Made by a program: the position numbers and the translations under genes. A stretch of DNA of 63,851 nucleotides, filler included, from Octopus bimaculoides (taxonomy: Eukaryota), in NCBI RefSeq assembly GCF_001194135.2. It is 7 parts of 6 records of this genome, joined end to end, with 100 filler letters (N's around TTAATTAATTAA, not from the genome) between each part and the next. Parts side by side here need not be neighbours in the genome. Positions count along the whole stretch, not along the records: positions 10,533 to 20,766 come from NC_069007.1; positions 20,867 to 37,993 come from NC_068991.1; 5 more parts are not named here. One strand, 5' to 3'. Shown one piece after another: positions 16,925 through 28,560 of this stretch (position 1 is the first letter of the stretch; each line of letters starts with the position of its first letter). The notes beneath the pieces are model-generated. The model saw only the letters and a program-made list of their open reading frames with translations, was not told where the DNA came from and did not search any database.

Positions 16925-17290
16925 ATAGCTTTTACTTTTGGTAGGCATTGGTTTCCGGCTTTGCTGAGACACCGCTTTGGAAGGTTTAAGTCGAACGCAT
17001 TCAACCCGGTACTTATTCTATCGATATCTTTTGTCGAACCGCTAGCATCGGGTGGCGTTGAAAAACCAGCAGCGTATGTGTACAATGGAAAGGAGGGAAG
17101 TAGAAAAAGAAAGGGACAACCGCAATTATTGCATCCCAATCACGTGGTTCTGGGTTCAGTCCTACATTCCCGTAACTAAGCGGTTTGAATAAAGGGACCG
17201 ATTGAACAAGTACTAGGCTTACAAAGAATAAGTTCTGGGGTCGATTTGTTCGATTAAAGGTTGTGCTCCAGCATGGCCACAGTCAAATAT
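16925..17290. mobile_element. Two diverged SINE family B fragments in opposite orientation
   Basis: 16925-17070 (minus) and 17145-17290 (plus) match the 3' half of family B. Confidence 0.55.
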
Positions 17291-17645
17291 TAAGCTAACG
17301 AAAGATGTTTTGGCTTGTTGCTCACAGTCCCGAATATTTCCTGAGCTTAGTGCGGGTGTTCAAGTTAAATTTCACNNNNNNNNNNNNNNNNNNNNNNNNN
17401 NNNNNNNNNNNNNNNNNNNNNNNNNNNNNNNNNNNNNNNNNNNNNNNNNNNNNNNNNNNNNNNNNNNNNNNNNNNNNNNNNNNNNNNNNNNNNNNNNNNN
17501 NNNNNNNNNNNNNNNNNNNNNNNNNNNNNNNNNNNNNNNNNNNNNNNNNNNNNNNNNNNNNNNNNNNNNNNNNNNNNNNNNNNNNNNNATATATATATAT
17601 ATATATAGACATATTTAAATTTTTATGGAATAATATATATTGATA

Positions 17646-17680
17646 TAGTCAACCGGTTTCGCTTGTGCTAATCAGGATTA
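17646..17680 (-). ncRNA. Hammerhead-like motif, variant core (CUGAUUA), tandem unit 1
   Basis: UAAUC CUGAUUA GC[ACAA]GC GAAACCGGU U GACUA. G8 is replaced by U; helix III is the palindrome ACCGGU. Confidence 0.45.
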
Positions 17681-17971
17681 AGAATAATGTTACTATTTCA
17701 TGTTATTACAACAGTCCCGAATATTTCCTGAGCTTAGTGCGGGTGTTCAAGTTAAATTTCACTCTCATTTCTATCAACTGTAGGGGCTATTTTGCACCCT
17801 CATTTATTAATTTTACCTTTTTTGGTTTCAGTTGCTATAGCCACCTAAATTATCATGTATTTAATATATCTTAATAATATATTAACATATTATTATAATA
17901 TCTTACTGTATGATATATATATATATATATTTAGACATATTTAAATTTTTACGGAATAATATATATTGATA

Positions 17972-18006
17972 TAGTCAACCGGTTTCGCTTGTGCTAATCA
18001 AGATTA
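17972..18006 (-). ncRNA. Hammerhead-like motif, variant core (UUGAUUA), tandem unit 2
   Basis: Same motif exactly 326 bp from the first copy. Confidence 0.4.
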
Positions 18007-18294
18007 AGAATAATGTTACTATTTCATGCTATCACAAGAAGCTTTCATTCCATGTTAGTAGGCGGAACGATTGTTCCTTCAGCATCAGTATCGCTATTGT
18101 AAATTCCGTCTCTGGAGTGACATGTGTTGTTTCTGTGTTTCATTTGCAAACAATCAGACATTTTATTTTATTTGTTTCTTAAATATTAAACAACAACATC
18201 TGTTGTTATCTTATTTACATTCTGGCAAGGTCTTTCCTCTTCTCCTTCACATCAGACAAGCAATTTTACTATTTTTGTATTACCAGTTGTTGAA

Positions 18295-18296
<2 letters not shown>

Positions 18297-18347
<51 letters not shown>

Positions 18348-18495
18348 CTATTTATCTGTTTATCTCCTTTGTTTCAAGTCCACGCTTTTGATTATATCTG
18401 NNNNNNNNNNCTCTCTCTCTCTCTTTCTCTCTCCCTCTATCTATTTATCTGTTTATCTCCTTTGTTTCTAGTCGACGCTTTTGATTATATCAGTA

Positions 18496-18527
<32 letters not shown>

Positions 18528-18787
18528 TGTTATCCTATCCCTTTCGTTGCCTCTCTCACTCTCTTTTCTTTCCTCTTCTTCTCATTTTCTCCATGTCTCT
18601 CTTTCTTTCTCTCTCTCGTCTCTCTCTTTCATGTCTCCCTTACTTTGTTCTTCCTCTCTCTCTTTGTCTCTTTTCTTTCCCTTTCTGCCTCACCTCTTCC
18701 CCACTCGGTCTCACTTTCTTTTCTTTCCCCTCCTCTCTCTCATTCTCTCCTTGTCTCTCTGTCTCTCTCCTACTCTTACTTTCTCCT

Positions 18788-18828
<41 letters not shown>

Positions 18829-19020
18829 ATTTCTCGCTCTCTTTCTCTGTCCTCCTATCCCTCTGTTTCTCTATCCCTCTGCCTCTCTCTCTCTCTCTAT
18901 TAGTCACTCTCTCTTTTTACTGTCTCTCTGTCTCTGTCGCTCTGTCTCATTCTCTGTCTCTTTCCCACTTTCTCTTTCACTCTTCCCCCTCTCTTTCTCT
19001 CACTTCCTCACACACACACA
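18297..19020. repeat. Long (TC)n/(TCTA)n pyrimidine-rich tract
   Basis: Direct reading. Confidence 0.95.
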
Positions 19021-20069
19021 ATCACATTCTTTCCACATTCTTTAAATGCTGTTTACCAAAATATAACTCTTGTCTTTTTCATTCTAGTCATTTTCACCAT
19101 ATTTTTTTTTTTTTTGAAATTCTATTTTTATCGATAATATTTTTCATTTCATTTAATTTTTTTCACATTATATTTTTATACGTTCTTGAATTCACGCTGA
19201 AAAGTTTTATATAAAAAAATTTTCAACATTATCATGTTATTGTACTTTGTGTTAACATATTTTTGTTTATTNNNNNNNNNNNNNNNNNNNNNNNNNNNNN
19301 NNNNNNNNNNNNNNNNNNNNNNNNNNNNNNNNNNNNNNNNNNNNNNNNNNNNNNNNNNNNNNNNNNNNNNNNNNNNNNNNNNNNNNNNNNNNNNNNNNNN
19401 NNNNNNNNNNNNNNNNNNNNNNNNNNNNNNNNNNNNNNNNNNNNNNNNNNNNNNNNNNNNNNNNNNNNNNNNNNNNNNNNNNNNNNNNNNNNNNNNNNNN
19501 NNNNNNNNNNNNNNNNNNNNNNNNNNNNNNNNNNNNNNNNNNNNNNNNNNNNNNNNNNNNNNNNNNNNNNNNNNNNNNNNNNNNNNNNNNNNNNNNNNNN
19601 NNNNNNNNNNNNNNNNNNNNNNNNNNNNNNNNNNNNNNNNNNNNNNNNNNNNNNNNNNNNNNNNNNNNNNNNNNNNNNNNNNNNNNNNNNNNNNNNNNNN
19701 NNNNNNNNNNNNNNNNNNNNNNNNNNNNNNNNNNNNNNNNNNNNNNNNNNNNNNNNNNNNNNNNNNNNNNNNNNNNNNNNNNNNNNNNNNNNNNNNNNNN
19801 NNNNNNNNNNNNNNNNNNNNNNNNNNNNNNNNNNNNNNNNNNNNNNNNNNNNNNNNNNNNNNNNNNNNNNNNNNNNNNNNNNNNNNNNNNNNNNNNNNNN
19901 NNNNNNNNNNNNNNNNATATATATATATATATATATATAACTAATTTCTCTGAAAGCCTGTTCAATAAAGTAGACCTCTTTCCTGTGCTCTGATTTTCTG
20001 ATATTGATAAATGATCGATATTATTGATAAAAGATCGATATTATTTACACTAAAGTATCTTCGATCTGT

Positions 20070-20312
20070 TGGGGTCATACTAGAAAGAGAAGGAAACAGT
20101 TGAGAGACAAAGAGACAGAGACAAAGAAAGAGAGACAGAGACAAAGAGACAGAGACAAAGAGACAGAGAGACGGACAGAGTGAAAGAGCGAATGAAAGAA
20201 TGAGAGAAGAGAGGGAGGATAAAGTGTAAGACAGATTGAGAATAAAAGATCGAGTGAAAGAAAGAGGGAGAAAGCGTAAATGAGAGAGAGAGGGGGGGAA
20301 TGAAAAGAGAGG

Positions 20313-20355
<43 letters not shown>

Positions 20356-20409
20356 ATTGAGAGAGTGAGAGAGGGATAAACAGTAAGATAGCGAAAGAGA
20401 GAGAGAGAC

Positions 20410-20454
<45 letters not shown>

Positions 20455-20537
20455 CAGAGAGAGACAGAGAGACAGAGAGAGACAGAGAGACAGAGTGAGA
20501 CAGAGAGACAGAGAGAGACAGAGAGACAGAGAGAGAG
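20070..20537. repeat. Long (GA)n/(AGAT)n/(GAGACA)n purine-rich tract
   Basis: Direct reading. Confidence 0.95.
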
Positions 20538-20539
20538 TA

Positions 20540-20748
20540 AAATACTTTCTGGATTTAAGGATTCCACGAAAAGCCTGGGTGGAGGCCCAATTTTCCGACG
20601 CCTTTTGTAGAAAAATTGAAGGACCGCTTAGAAAAACTGAATTGTGTGAATCTAAAAGGGGAATATGTTTTATAAAATCATAATTTAACCGATTGATCCT
20701 CCTGTATTTTCTATTACCCAAAGCCAGCAACTTTTCAGCACCCCTACG
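20540..20748 (+). mobile_element. Mariner 3' end fragment with TIR
   Basis: Translates ...EKLKDRLEKLNCVNLKGEYV, like a mariner C-terminus; ends in aagccagcaacttttcagcacccct, a mariner-type TIR. Confidence 0.6.
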
Positions 20749-21112
20749 TGTGTGTGTGTGTATATANNNNNNNNNNNNNNNNNNNNNNNNNNNNNNNNNN
20801 NNNNNNNNNNTTAATTAATTAANNNNNNNNNNNNNNNNNNNNNNNNNNNNNNNNNNNNNNNNNNNNTAGCGAGAATTTGATTATTCCATCGAAGGAATGG
20901 TTTTCGTGAGATCCTCCTTACGTGTGACATATGTTATGCACCTTCGATCCGGACAGGGTATATAGAAGCGTGTACTTGAACCTTAAGACAAGGTTGAGGT
21001 TAGGAAGTGTGCAACTTCTACCGGAGAAAGGTTTATGGAAACAGATACTTTAACTTTAAGGAAAGGTTGAGTCTAGGAAACAGATGAAGCTGATGCAATA
21101 AACCACAGCTCA

Positions 21113-21408
21113 TGTTGTTGGCACTCCGTCGCTTATGACGTCGAGGGTTCCAGTTGATCCAATCAACGGAACAGCCTGCTCGTGAAATTAACGTGCAAGT
21201 GGCTGAGCACTCCACAGACACGTGTACCCTTAACGTAGTTCTCGGAGATATTCAGCGTGAGACAGTGTGACAAGGCTGACCCTTTGAATTACAGGCACAA
21301 CAGAAACAGGAAGTAAGAGTGAGAGAAAGTTGTGGTGGAAGAGTACAGCAGGGTTCGCCACCATCCCCTGCCGGAGCCTCGTGGAGCTTTAGGTGTTTTC
21401 GCTCAATA
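21113..21408 (-). mobile_element. SINE family A copy, 5'-truncated
   Basis: Body and CAA tail match 28260-28560; tRNA head absent. Confidence 0.85.
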
Positions 21409-21773
21409 ATGTCATTATGAACCACTAACCCATGATGACTCCGAAATCACAGGGTTTCCTAGGGATTATATTTCATGGAGGGAGCTGGTAAAATATCGAA
21501 CAGAAATTTTTTGCTGGACAGAAATCTTAGTTGCCACGCGTATGGTAGCAATGGTTGCCTAATTATTATTATTTTTTTTTATATGTACCAAACAAATAGT
21601 ACTACGTGAGGGTTTTTACAATGACAAAGGTAATCTTCCTTTGTTATCATCGTCGGAGGGGGAAAAGGAGGAGAAGGGGAAGGATGAAATATGGAGGAGA
21701 AGCGTAACGAATATTGTAAATAATTTCCCTTAGATAGGACACAAAACCTGGAATTTTGGAGAGGGCTGAAAAT

Positions 21774-21991
21774 GAGGCGAGCTGACAGAATCCTTAGCGC
21801 GTCGAACAAAATGCTTAGAGGCATTTCTTCCGGCGCTTTACGTACTGAGGTCAAATTCTGCCTCAGTCAACTTTACCTTTCATCTTTTCGAGACCACTAG
21901 AGTTAATAACCAGTCAAATATCGAGATCGATATAATCGACTTGCCCCTCCTCTCAAATTGATGGCCCTGTGTCAAAATTGAAAAGAATTAT
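21774..21991 (+). mobile_element. SINE family C copy (diverged)
   Basis: gcgagctgacagaatccttagc...tcaaattctgcc. Confidence 0.7.
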
Positions 21992-22224
21992 GATACACGG
22001 TTGATTAGGGAAATTGTTCGTCTAACGCTCTAACAATTCTTATGATCGAAAATAAGCACTCCTGCCGGAGTCCAAAACCCACATTGAAAGATTTCGATTT
22101 CACACTATTTACACGAACACAAATATCTGGGCAGCCACATAGAGACTTCAAGGCAACCAGAAGTTACCAGTTAATCTCAAACTCCTGCTAAATCTTCCAT
22201 TGCATGTCATACAGCACGTAGTCA

Positions 22225-22600
22225 TATGTCATTTCGACGTCTACAAAGCAATATTCGTGCGGTTTCTCGAAAACCTGGCTTAAAGTGAATATGTGGTCGG
22301 TTGTGCTGTGTGTAGGTCGGAAGTCGCACTGTACTTCAGCTAGCTTGAGTTCCACGACTTCCCTACATATCCTTTCCAGACATCTACCAAAGACTTTACA
22401 AAGAGGTTATTCTATAATTAGAGTACTTCCTCTTGTCTCACATTTGAAAAATGGGGTTTATCACTCCCGATCGCCATTGCTTTGGTATCGTTGCAGTGGT
22501 CCCAGTCACCTGGTATACACGAGAAAATACCTTCTTTATCTAAGGCTTTTAATATTTCGGGCCGAATTTCATCTTCTCAAGTGGCCTTTCCACATTTTAG
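22225..22600 (-). mobile_element. RTE-type LINE reverse transcriptase remnant
   Basis: DEIRPEILKAL...KYSNYR...CLERICREVVELKLAEVQCDFRPTHSTTDHIFTLSQVFEK..CFVDVEMTYD, with frameshifts. Confidence 0.8.
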
Positions 22601-23134
22601 TGCTATGTTTCTATGAGGTTAGTCTTCGGTTCCCAGGTGCACTTTGTGATTACCAGATGATTTTAATGTGAAAGTTTCCGTTATAATACATACAATGTTG
22701 CACTTATCGAACATCCTGTTTTGAGTCAGAGCATCAAGTCTTTTCTCATCTTAGATATATAAATACATTTATAAATTCCCAGATATTTGTATATTTCTTT
22801 CAAACACACATTCACCACACTCACACACACATACACACACACATGCGCGCGTGAGGGGAGGAAAGCGCGCACGCAGATTTGCGTACTGAAACACATATAT
22901 ACATATACGTATATTCTAATGCAAATGTACACATATATGTGCATATATTCACGCATACATTTCAATATATATATATATATATATATATAGTTACAGAAAG
23001 GAAGTAGGAGAATTTCGATTATCCCCACGTAATGCAAAAAATGTATATATAAAATAAAAGGAAAATGCACACATTTTACATAGTTTTAATATATTTTCCT
23101 TTTATGTATTTTATAAGTGAAAGAGTAATGTGTT

Positions 23135-23276
23135 TGTCGACCGGTTTCGCTTTCGTTAATTGTGACATTGAAGTTATTGTAATTTCGTATTTTCTTGAAA
23201 ATATTTTAGTTCATATAAATTCTTCTCAAGAAAATACGAAATTAGAATAATTTCAATGTCATGATTAGCGAAAGCG
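23135..23276. repeat. Long inverted repeat (~54-bp arms) carrying two divergent hammerhead-like motifs
   Basis: 23148-23201 pairs with 23223-23276 with a few mismatches. Minus arm: UGUC ACAAUUA AC[GAAA]GC GAAACCGGUC GACA. Plus arm: UGUC AUGAUUA GC[GAAA]GC G..., cut by the gap. Confidence 0.75.
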
Positions 23277-23953
23277 NNNNNNNNNNNNNNNNNNNNNNNN
23301 NNNNNNNNNNNNNNNNNNNNNNNNNNNNNNNNNNNNNNNNNNNNNNNNNNNNNNNNNNNNNNNNNNNNNNNNNNNNNNNNNNNNNNNNNNNNNNNNNNNN
23401 NNNNNNNNNNNNNNNNNNNNNNNNNNNNNNNNNNNNNNNNNNNNNNNNNNNNNNNNNNNNNNNNNNNNNNNNNNNNNNNNNNNNNNNNNNNNNNNNNNNN
23501 NNNNNNNNNNNNNNNNNNNNNNNNNNNNNNNNNNNNNNNNNNNNNNNNNNNNNNNNNNNNNNNNNNNNNNNNNNNNNNNNNNNNNNNNNNNNNNNNNNNN
23601 NNNNNNNNNNNNNNNNNNNNNNNNNNNNNNNNNNNNNNNNNNNNNNNNNNNNNNNNNNNNNNNNNNNNNNNNNNNNNNNNNNNNNNNNNNNNNNNNNNNN
23701 NNNNNNNNNNNNNNNNNNNNNNNNNNNNNNNNNNNNNNNNNNNNNNNNNNNNNNNNNNNNNNNNNNNNNNNNNNNNNNNNNNNNNNNNNNNNNNNNNNNN
23801 NNNTAAACAATGAGGTTTTTTCAATGAGGGGGCGGGATAAACTACTTGCATCAGTTTACTATAAAAGCAGGTAATAATTTTACCTTATATTTTTCTTAGT
23901 GCAAGTTTTGAAGAGTGCAGTTCGATCTCAACAGTTACTTTTTCAAAGCTATA

Positions 23954-24808
23954 ATGGAACTGGTAAAGGAGCATGTCTGGCATATTTTGCTTTATGAGTT
24001 CAATAAAAGCAACTATGCAACGGAAAGTGCGAGGAATATTAATGCAGTATATAGGTATTGGACAATAAGCATAAGCCAGCGTCAATGGTAGTTTCAGAAA
24101 TTCCGAGTCGGAAACTACGGCCTAGAAGACAAGCCTCGTCCTGGACGATCTGTAGAGCTCAACGAGGATGTCCTGCAAACCCTGGTAGGACAAAATCTCA
24201 TGGTAACTGTTGAGGAAGTAGCAGAGACGCTTGGATTTGCTCATTCAATTATTCATCAACACCTGCATGCCATCAAAAAAGTCAGCAAATTGGGTCAATG
24301 GTTTCCTCACAAATTTTCCAAGACTAATCTCGCGCAGGGAGTGAATGTGTGCTCTTCTTTGCTGTCATGTTTCAGGAATGAACCTTTTTTGGACCGAACA
24401 GGGATTGGTGATGAGAAATGGGTTCTCTATAAAAATGTCAAGCTTGGGCGGTTTAAGTCAGCGCTAGAAGAAAAACAACCGTTTTTGGTTTCAAGACGAA
24501 AGGTGTTCTTCCATCAGGATAATGCATGGCCACATACAGCGAGGATGACATTCCAAATGTTGGAACAGTTTGAATGGGAAACGATGCTCCACCCACTACA
24601 TTCGCCGGACATTGCCCCATCTGATTACCATTTATTCCGCAGGCTTCAAAATCATTTGGACGAAAAAATATTAATTCTATGGAGGAGATCAGAACTGGAG
24701 GATTAATTTTTGTCACGGATAAGTGAATTTTGCGAGAAGGGCCTTGCAAGACAACCAGTTAGATGGAAGAGCATTATAGAAAATGACGGAGAGTATATTT
24801 TAGATTGA
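23954..24808 (+). mobile_element. Mariner (DD34D) transposase pseudogene with internal deletion
   Basis: MELVKEHVWHILLYEF...GDEKWVLYKNVK//...HQDNAWPH...HSPDIAPSDYHLF...ENDGEYILD*. 34 residues separate the 2nd and 3rd Asp. It has a stop, a frameshift, and lacks the segment after the first Asp. Confidence 0.92.
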
Positions 24809-26175
24809 AAAAGAACTTTGTATATATATTCTTCTTAATATATTCTGTCGAAGAACGTAGGGCCGAAAGGTCAAAGACNNNNNNNNNNNNNNNNNNNNNN
24901 NNNNNNNNNNNNNNNNNNNNNNNNNNNNNNNNNNNNNNNNNNNNNNNNNNNNNNNNNNNNNNNNNNNNNNNNNNNNNNNNNNNNNNNNNNNNNNNNNNNN
25001 NNNNNNNNNNNNNNNNNNNNNNNNNNNNNNNNNNNNNNNNNNNNNNNNNNNNNNNNNNNNNNNNNNNNNNNNNNNNNNNNNNNNNNNNNNNNNNNNNNNN
25101 NNNNNNNNNNNNNNNNNNNNNNNNNNNNNNNNNNNNNNNNNNNNNNNNNNNNNNNNNNNNNNNNNNNNNNNNNNNNNNNNNNNNNNNNNNNNNNNNNNNN
25201 NNNNNNNNNNNNNNNNNNNNNNNNNNNNNNNNNNNNNNNNNNNNNNNNNNNNNNNNNNNNNNNNNNNNNNNNNNNNNNNNNNNNNNNNNNNNNNNNNNNN
25301 NNNNNNNNNNNNNNNNNNNNNNNNNNNNNNNNNNNNNNNNNNNNNNNNNNNNNNNNNNNNNNNNNNNNNNNNNNNNNNNNNNNNNNNNNNNNNNNNNNNN
25401 NNNNNNNNNNNNNNNNNNNNNNNNNNNNNNNNNNNNNNNNNNNNNNNNNNNNNNNNNNNNNNNNNNNNNNNNNNNNNNNNNNNNNNNNNNNNNNNNNNNN
25501 NNNNNNNNNNNNNNNNNNNNNNNNNNNNNNNNNNNNNNNNNNNNNNNNNNNNNNNNNNNNNNNNNNNNNNNNNNNNNNNNNNNNNNNNNNNNNNNNNNNN
25601 NNNNNNNNNNNNNNNNNNNNNNNNNNNNNNNNNNNNNNNNNNNNNNNNNNNNNNNNNNNNNNNNNNNNNNNNNNNNNNNNNNNNNNNNNNNNNNNNNNNN
25701 NNNNNNNNNNNNNNNNNNNNNNNNNNNNNNNNNNNNNNNNNNNNNNNNNNNNNNNNNNNNNNNNNNNNNNNNNNNNNNNNNNNNNNNNNNNNNNNNNNNN
25801 NNTATATATAGATAGATATGCAGTTAGTCTCTGGGCGTTGTCTTTCACACTCGAAGTGTATTATAGTTTATTAATGGTTCTGGATGTTATCAACACAGTG
25901 TATTTAAACACACACACCATGTAAATGGCTCTGTTGCATGAGTGACATGCTTTTAAAGTAGAAACAGCTGTAGACTAACCGAAAGGATTATGTAACTCCT
26001 CTTCTTATATATATATATATATAATAAATCAAAGGACATACTAAGTATGTTTACCTGCTTGAAATAACAGTCAAAACCCGTTATTAAATCGCCCAAAATA
26101 CACTGGTGATTACTACAGAAATCAAACGAAGGCAAAATAGGTTAAGACAATCGACTTACGTACATGTGAATTTCT

Positions 26176-26224
26176 GTGGACTAGTTTCTACATTGACATT
26201 AATATGTCTTAGCTTCATCAGCAC
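26176..26224 (-). ncRNA. Minimal type I hammerhead-like motif with palindromic helix III
   Basis: GUG CUGAUGA AGCUAA-GACAU[AUUA]AUGUC-AAUGUA GAAACUAGUC CAC. Core boxes are intact, helix III is the ACUAGU palindrome with a GUC site, helix I is 3 bp, and the base of helix II is imperfect. Confidence 0.55.
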
Positions 26225-26444
26225 GCATCTCTCTAACCCTGAACTAAGAGTTTTTATCAAACTTCGAAATCACGGTGATACGGGTATGTCTGGCTTCCTC
26301 AGTTTTTGATTATTTTCGTCATTGGCACGGGGTTTTAGGATTTTTATTTGTCCGGTTTTACCAATGTGTTTTTGTCAATAATTGGCTGTAGGTAAAAAAT
26401 ACTTTGTCAAATCACCATGCCGTGGTATTGAACATGAACAATAC

Positions 26445-26492
<48 letters not shown>

Positions 26493-27916
26493 ATGTATAT
26501 TCAACCCACTAAGGGATAGTATCTATCCAATATACTGCTATGTACTTTTATTTGTAAACCCGGTTGTCAATATAACATGGTTTGTCTTAAACACCTGTAC
26601 TTTGTGTGATTTTTTGTCACTTTAGTTACGAATTAAGTTAATGAATTCAACGGGATACANNNNNNNNNNNNNNNNNNNNNNNNNNNNNNNNNNNNNNNNN
26701 NNNNNNNNNNNNNNNNNNNNNNNNNNNNNNNNNNNNNNNNNNNNNNNNNNNNNNNNNNNATATACAATATGCTTATATAACTAAATATACACACACACAT
26801 GTATGTATTTATGTAAGTGCGTATACTTTTTTGTCTATATGCATACATTCACACTCTGTGCTCTATTTCCCCTCTGATACCTCTTTAATGTAATCCATAC
26901 AACATCCTCCTTAACTAGATCTTCGAAAGCCTTAAGGTAAATACGAAACATTTAAAAGACGAAAAGAAAACCCCCTCCAAAAACCTGCAACTGAATTTAT
27001 ACGATTATTTAATCTTAGATCCGGCCGACTGCTTGTCATCACTTTGAAACATTCAAACTGCTAAATCCGCCACAAATCTCCATTTATTGCACTCCCATCC
27101 TTCCCACTGAATCTATTGATAAGCACTAAATACTTTAAAGTAATGCTTATAACGACTTTGTGTTCAACCAAGCTGATGTAAATGAGGAGATATTTTTCAT
27201 GTAATCTGGTAAATAATACCAAGCTATTCAACATATATGAAATGATTTCGCCGCCATTTTAGGGCTGTTTGTTTCTGTCATATTTTTTCCTTTGCTTAGG
27301 ATGCTGTATTTATTGAATCTTATTCAAGTTTTAAATTCATATGTACCGTTTTATTCATGTATAATATGAAATATTATTATGTAATCTGGTAAATAATAAC
27401 AAGATTTTTAACATGTTTCTCGGCATTTTGGGGTTATTTGTTTCCACTCGTTTATTTATTTATCCATTTATTTAGTCTTTCACTTATTTGCACTTAGAAG
27501 ACCTAGCTAGTTAATTATATTCAAGTTTAAGCTCGTTCATACCTTTTTACTCACGTAAGATACAAGATGGTTAATACAAAAATATAAAAACGAAATTAGT
27601 GTAAGTATTAACGGTGGTGTAACATTATACTCAAGAGTAAAGAGATACGTAAGTGCACCCAAAAAACTGAGAAAACAAAAGTACCGAAGGCAGTAGTGCC
27701 GAATTATCTGACTACTAATTTGTACACGTCATTGTCTACAGCTCTGAAGCATTCTAAGCGTAACGAATACATCTAAAGACAATAATTATAATCTTTGTGG
27801 TTACACACGTTATTGTTTGAAAGAGATTATTTATTTTAAATGATTGCAGTTTAAGAGGTGAAAGTTATTTACTGACAGATGTCAGCAGTGAAAAATCTCT
27901 TCAGTATATACTCGTA

Positions 27917-28109
27917 TAATAATCCTTTCTGTTATAGGCACAAGGTTTGAAGTTTTAAGGTAGCAGGATAATCTATTACATGTATATTCGACATCGGCAC
28001 CAGTGTTCAACTGCGACTTATTTTATTGACCTAGAATGAATGACAAGTGAAGTCGACCTTGGTGGAATTCGAATTCAAAAAGTACAGACGGACGAAACGC
28101 CGCTAAGCT
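27917..28109 (-). mobile_element. SINE family C copy (diverged)
   Basis: gtgaagtcgaccttggtggaattcgaattc...ccgctaagc. Confidence 0.65.
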
Positions 28110-28169
28110 GGTGCTTCGTTTACCCTTTGATATAATATAGAATTTAAGATATATATATATAATCAAGGT

Positions 28170-28560
28170 GGAGGCGCAATGGCCCAATGGTTAGGGCAGC
28201 GGTCTCGCGGTCATAGGATCGCGGTTTCGATTCGAAGACCGGTCGCTGTGAGTATTTATTGAGCAAAAATACCTAAAGTTCCACGAGGCTCCGGCAGGGG
28301 ATGGTGGTGAACCCTGCTGTACTCTTCCACCACAACTTTCTCTCACTCTTTCTTCCTGTTTCTGTTGTACCTGTATTTCAAAGGGCTAGCCTTGTCACAC
28401 TGTGTCACGCTGAATATCCCTGAGAACTACGCTAAGGGTACACGTGTCTGTGGAGTGCTTAACCACTTGCACGTTAATTTCACGAGCAGGCTGTTCCGTT
28501 GATCGGATCAACTGGAACCCTCGACGTCGTAAGCGACGGAGTGCCAACAACAACAACAAC
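28170..28560 (+). mobile_element. tRNA-derived SINE family A, full-length copy
   Basis: Head GGAGGCGCAATGGCCCAATGGTTAGGGC...GTTTCGATTC (A/B boxes); (CAA)n tail; homologous to copies near 10.5, 21.1 and 59.7 kb. Confidence 0.85.

Larger units (their letters stand above)
17324..18037. repeat. Two tandem ~326-bp units, each with a hammerhead-like motif
   Basis: acagtcccgaatatttcctgagcttagtgcggg occurs near 17325 and 17712; gtcaaccggtttcgc at 17648 and 17974. The units differ by several substitutions. Unit 1 spans an N-gap. Confidence 0.8.
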
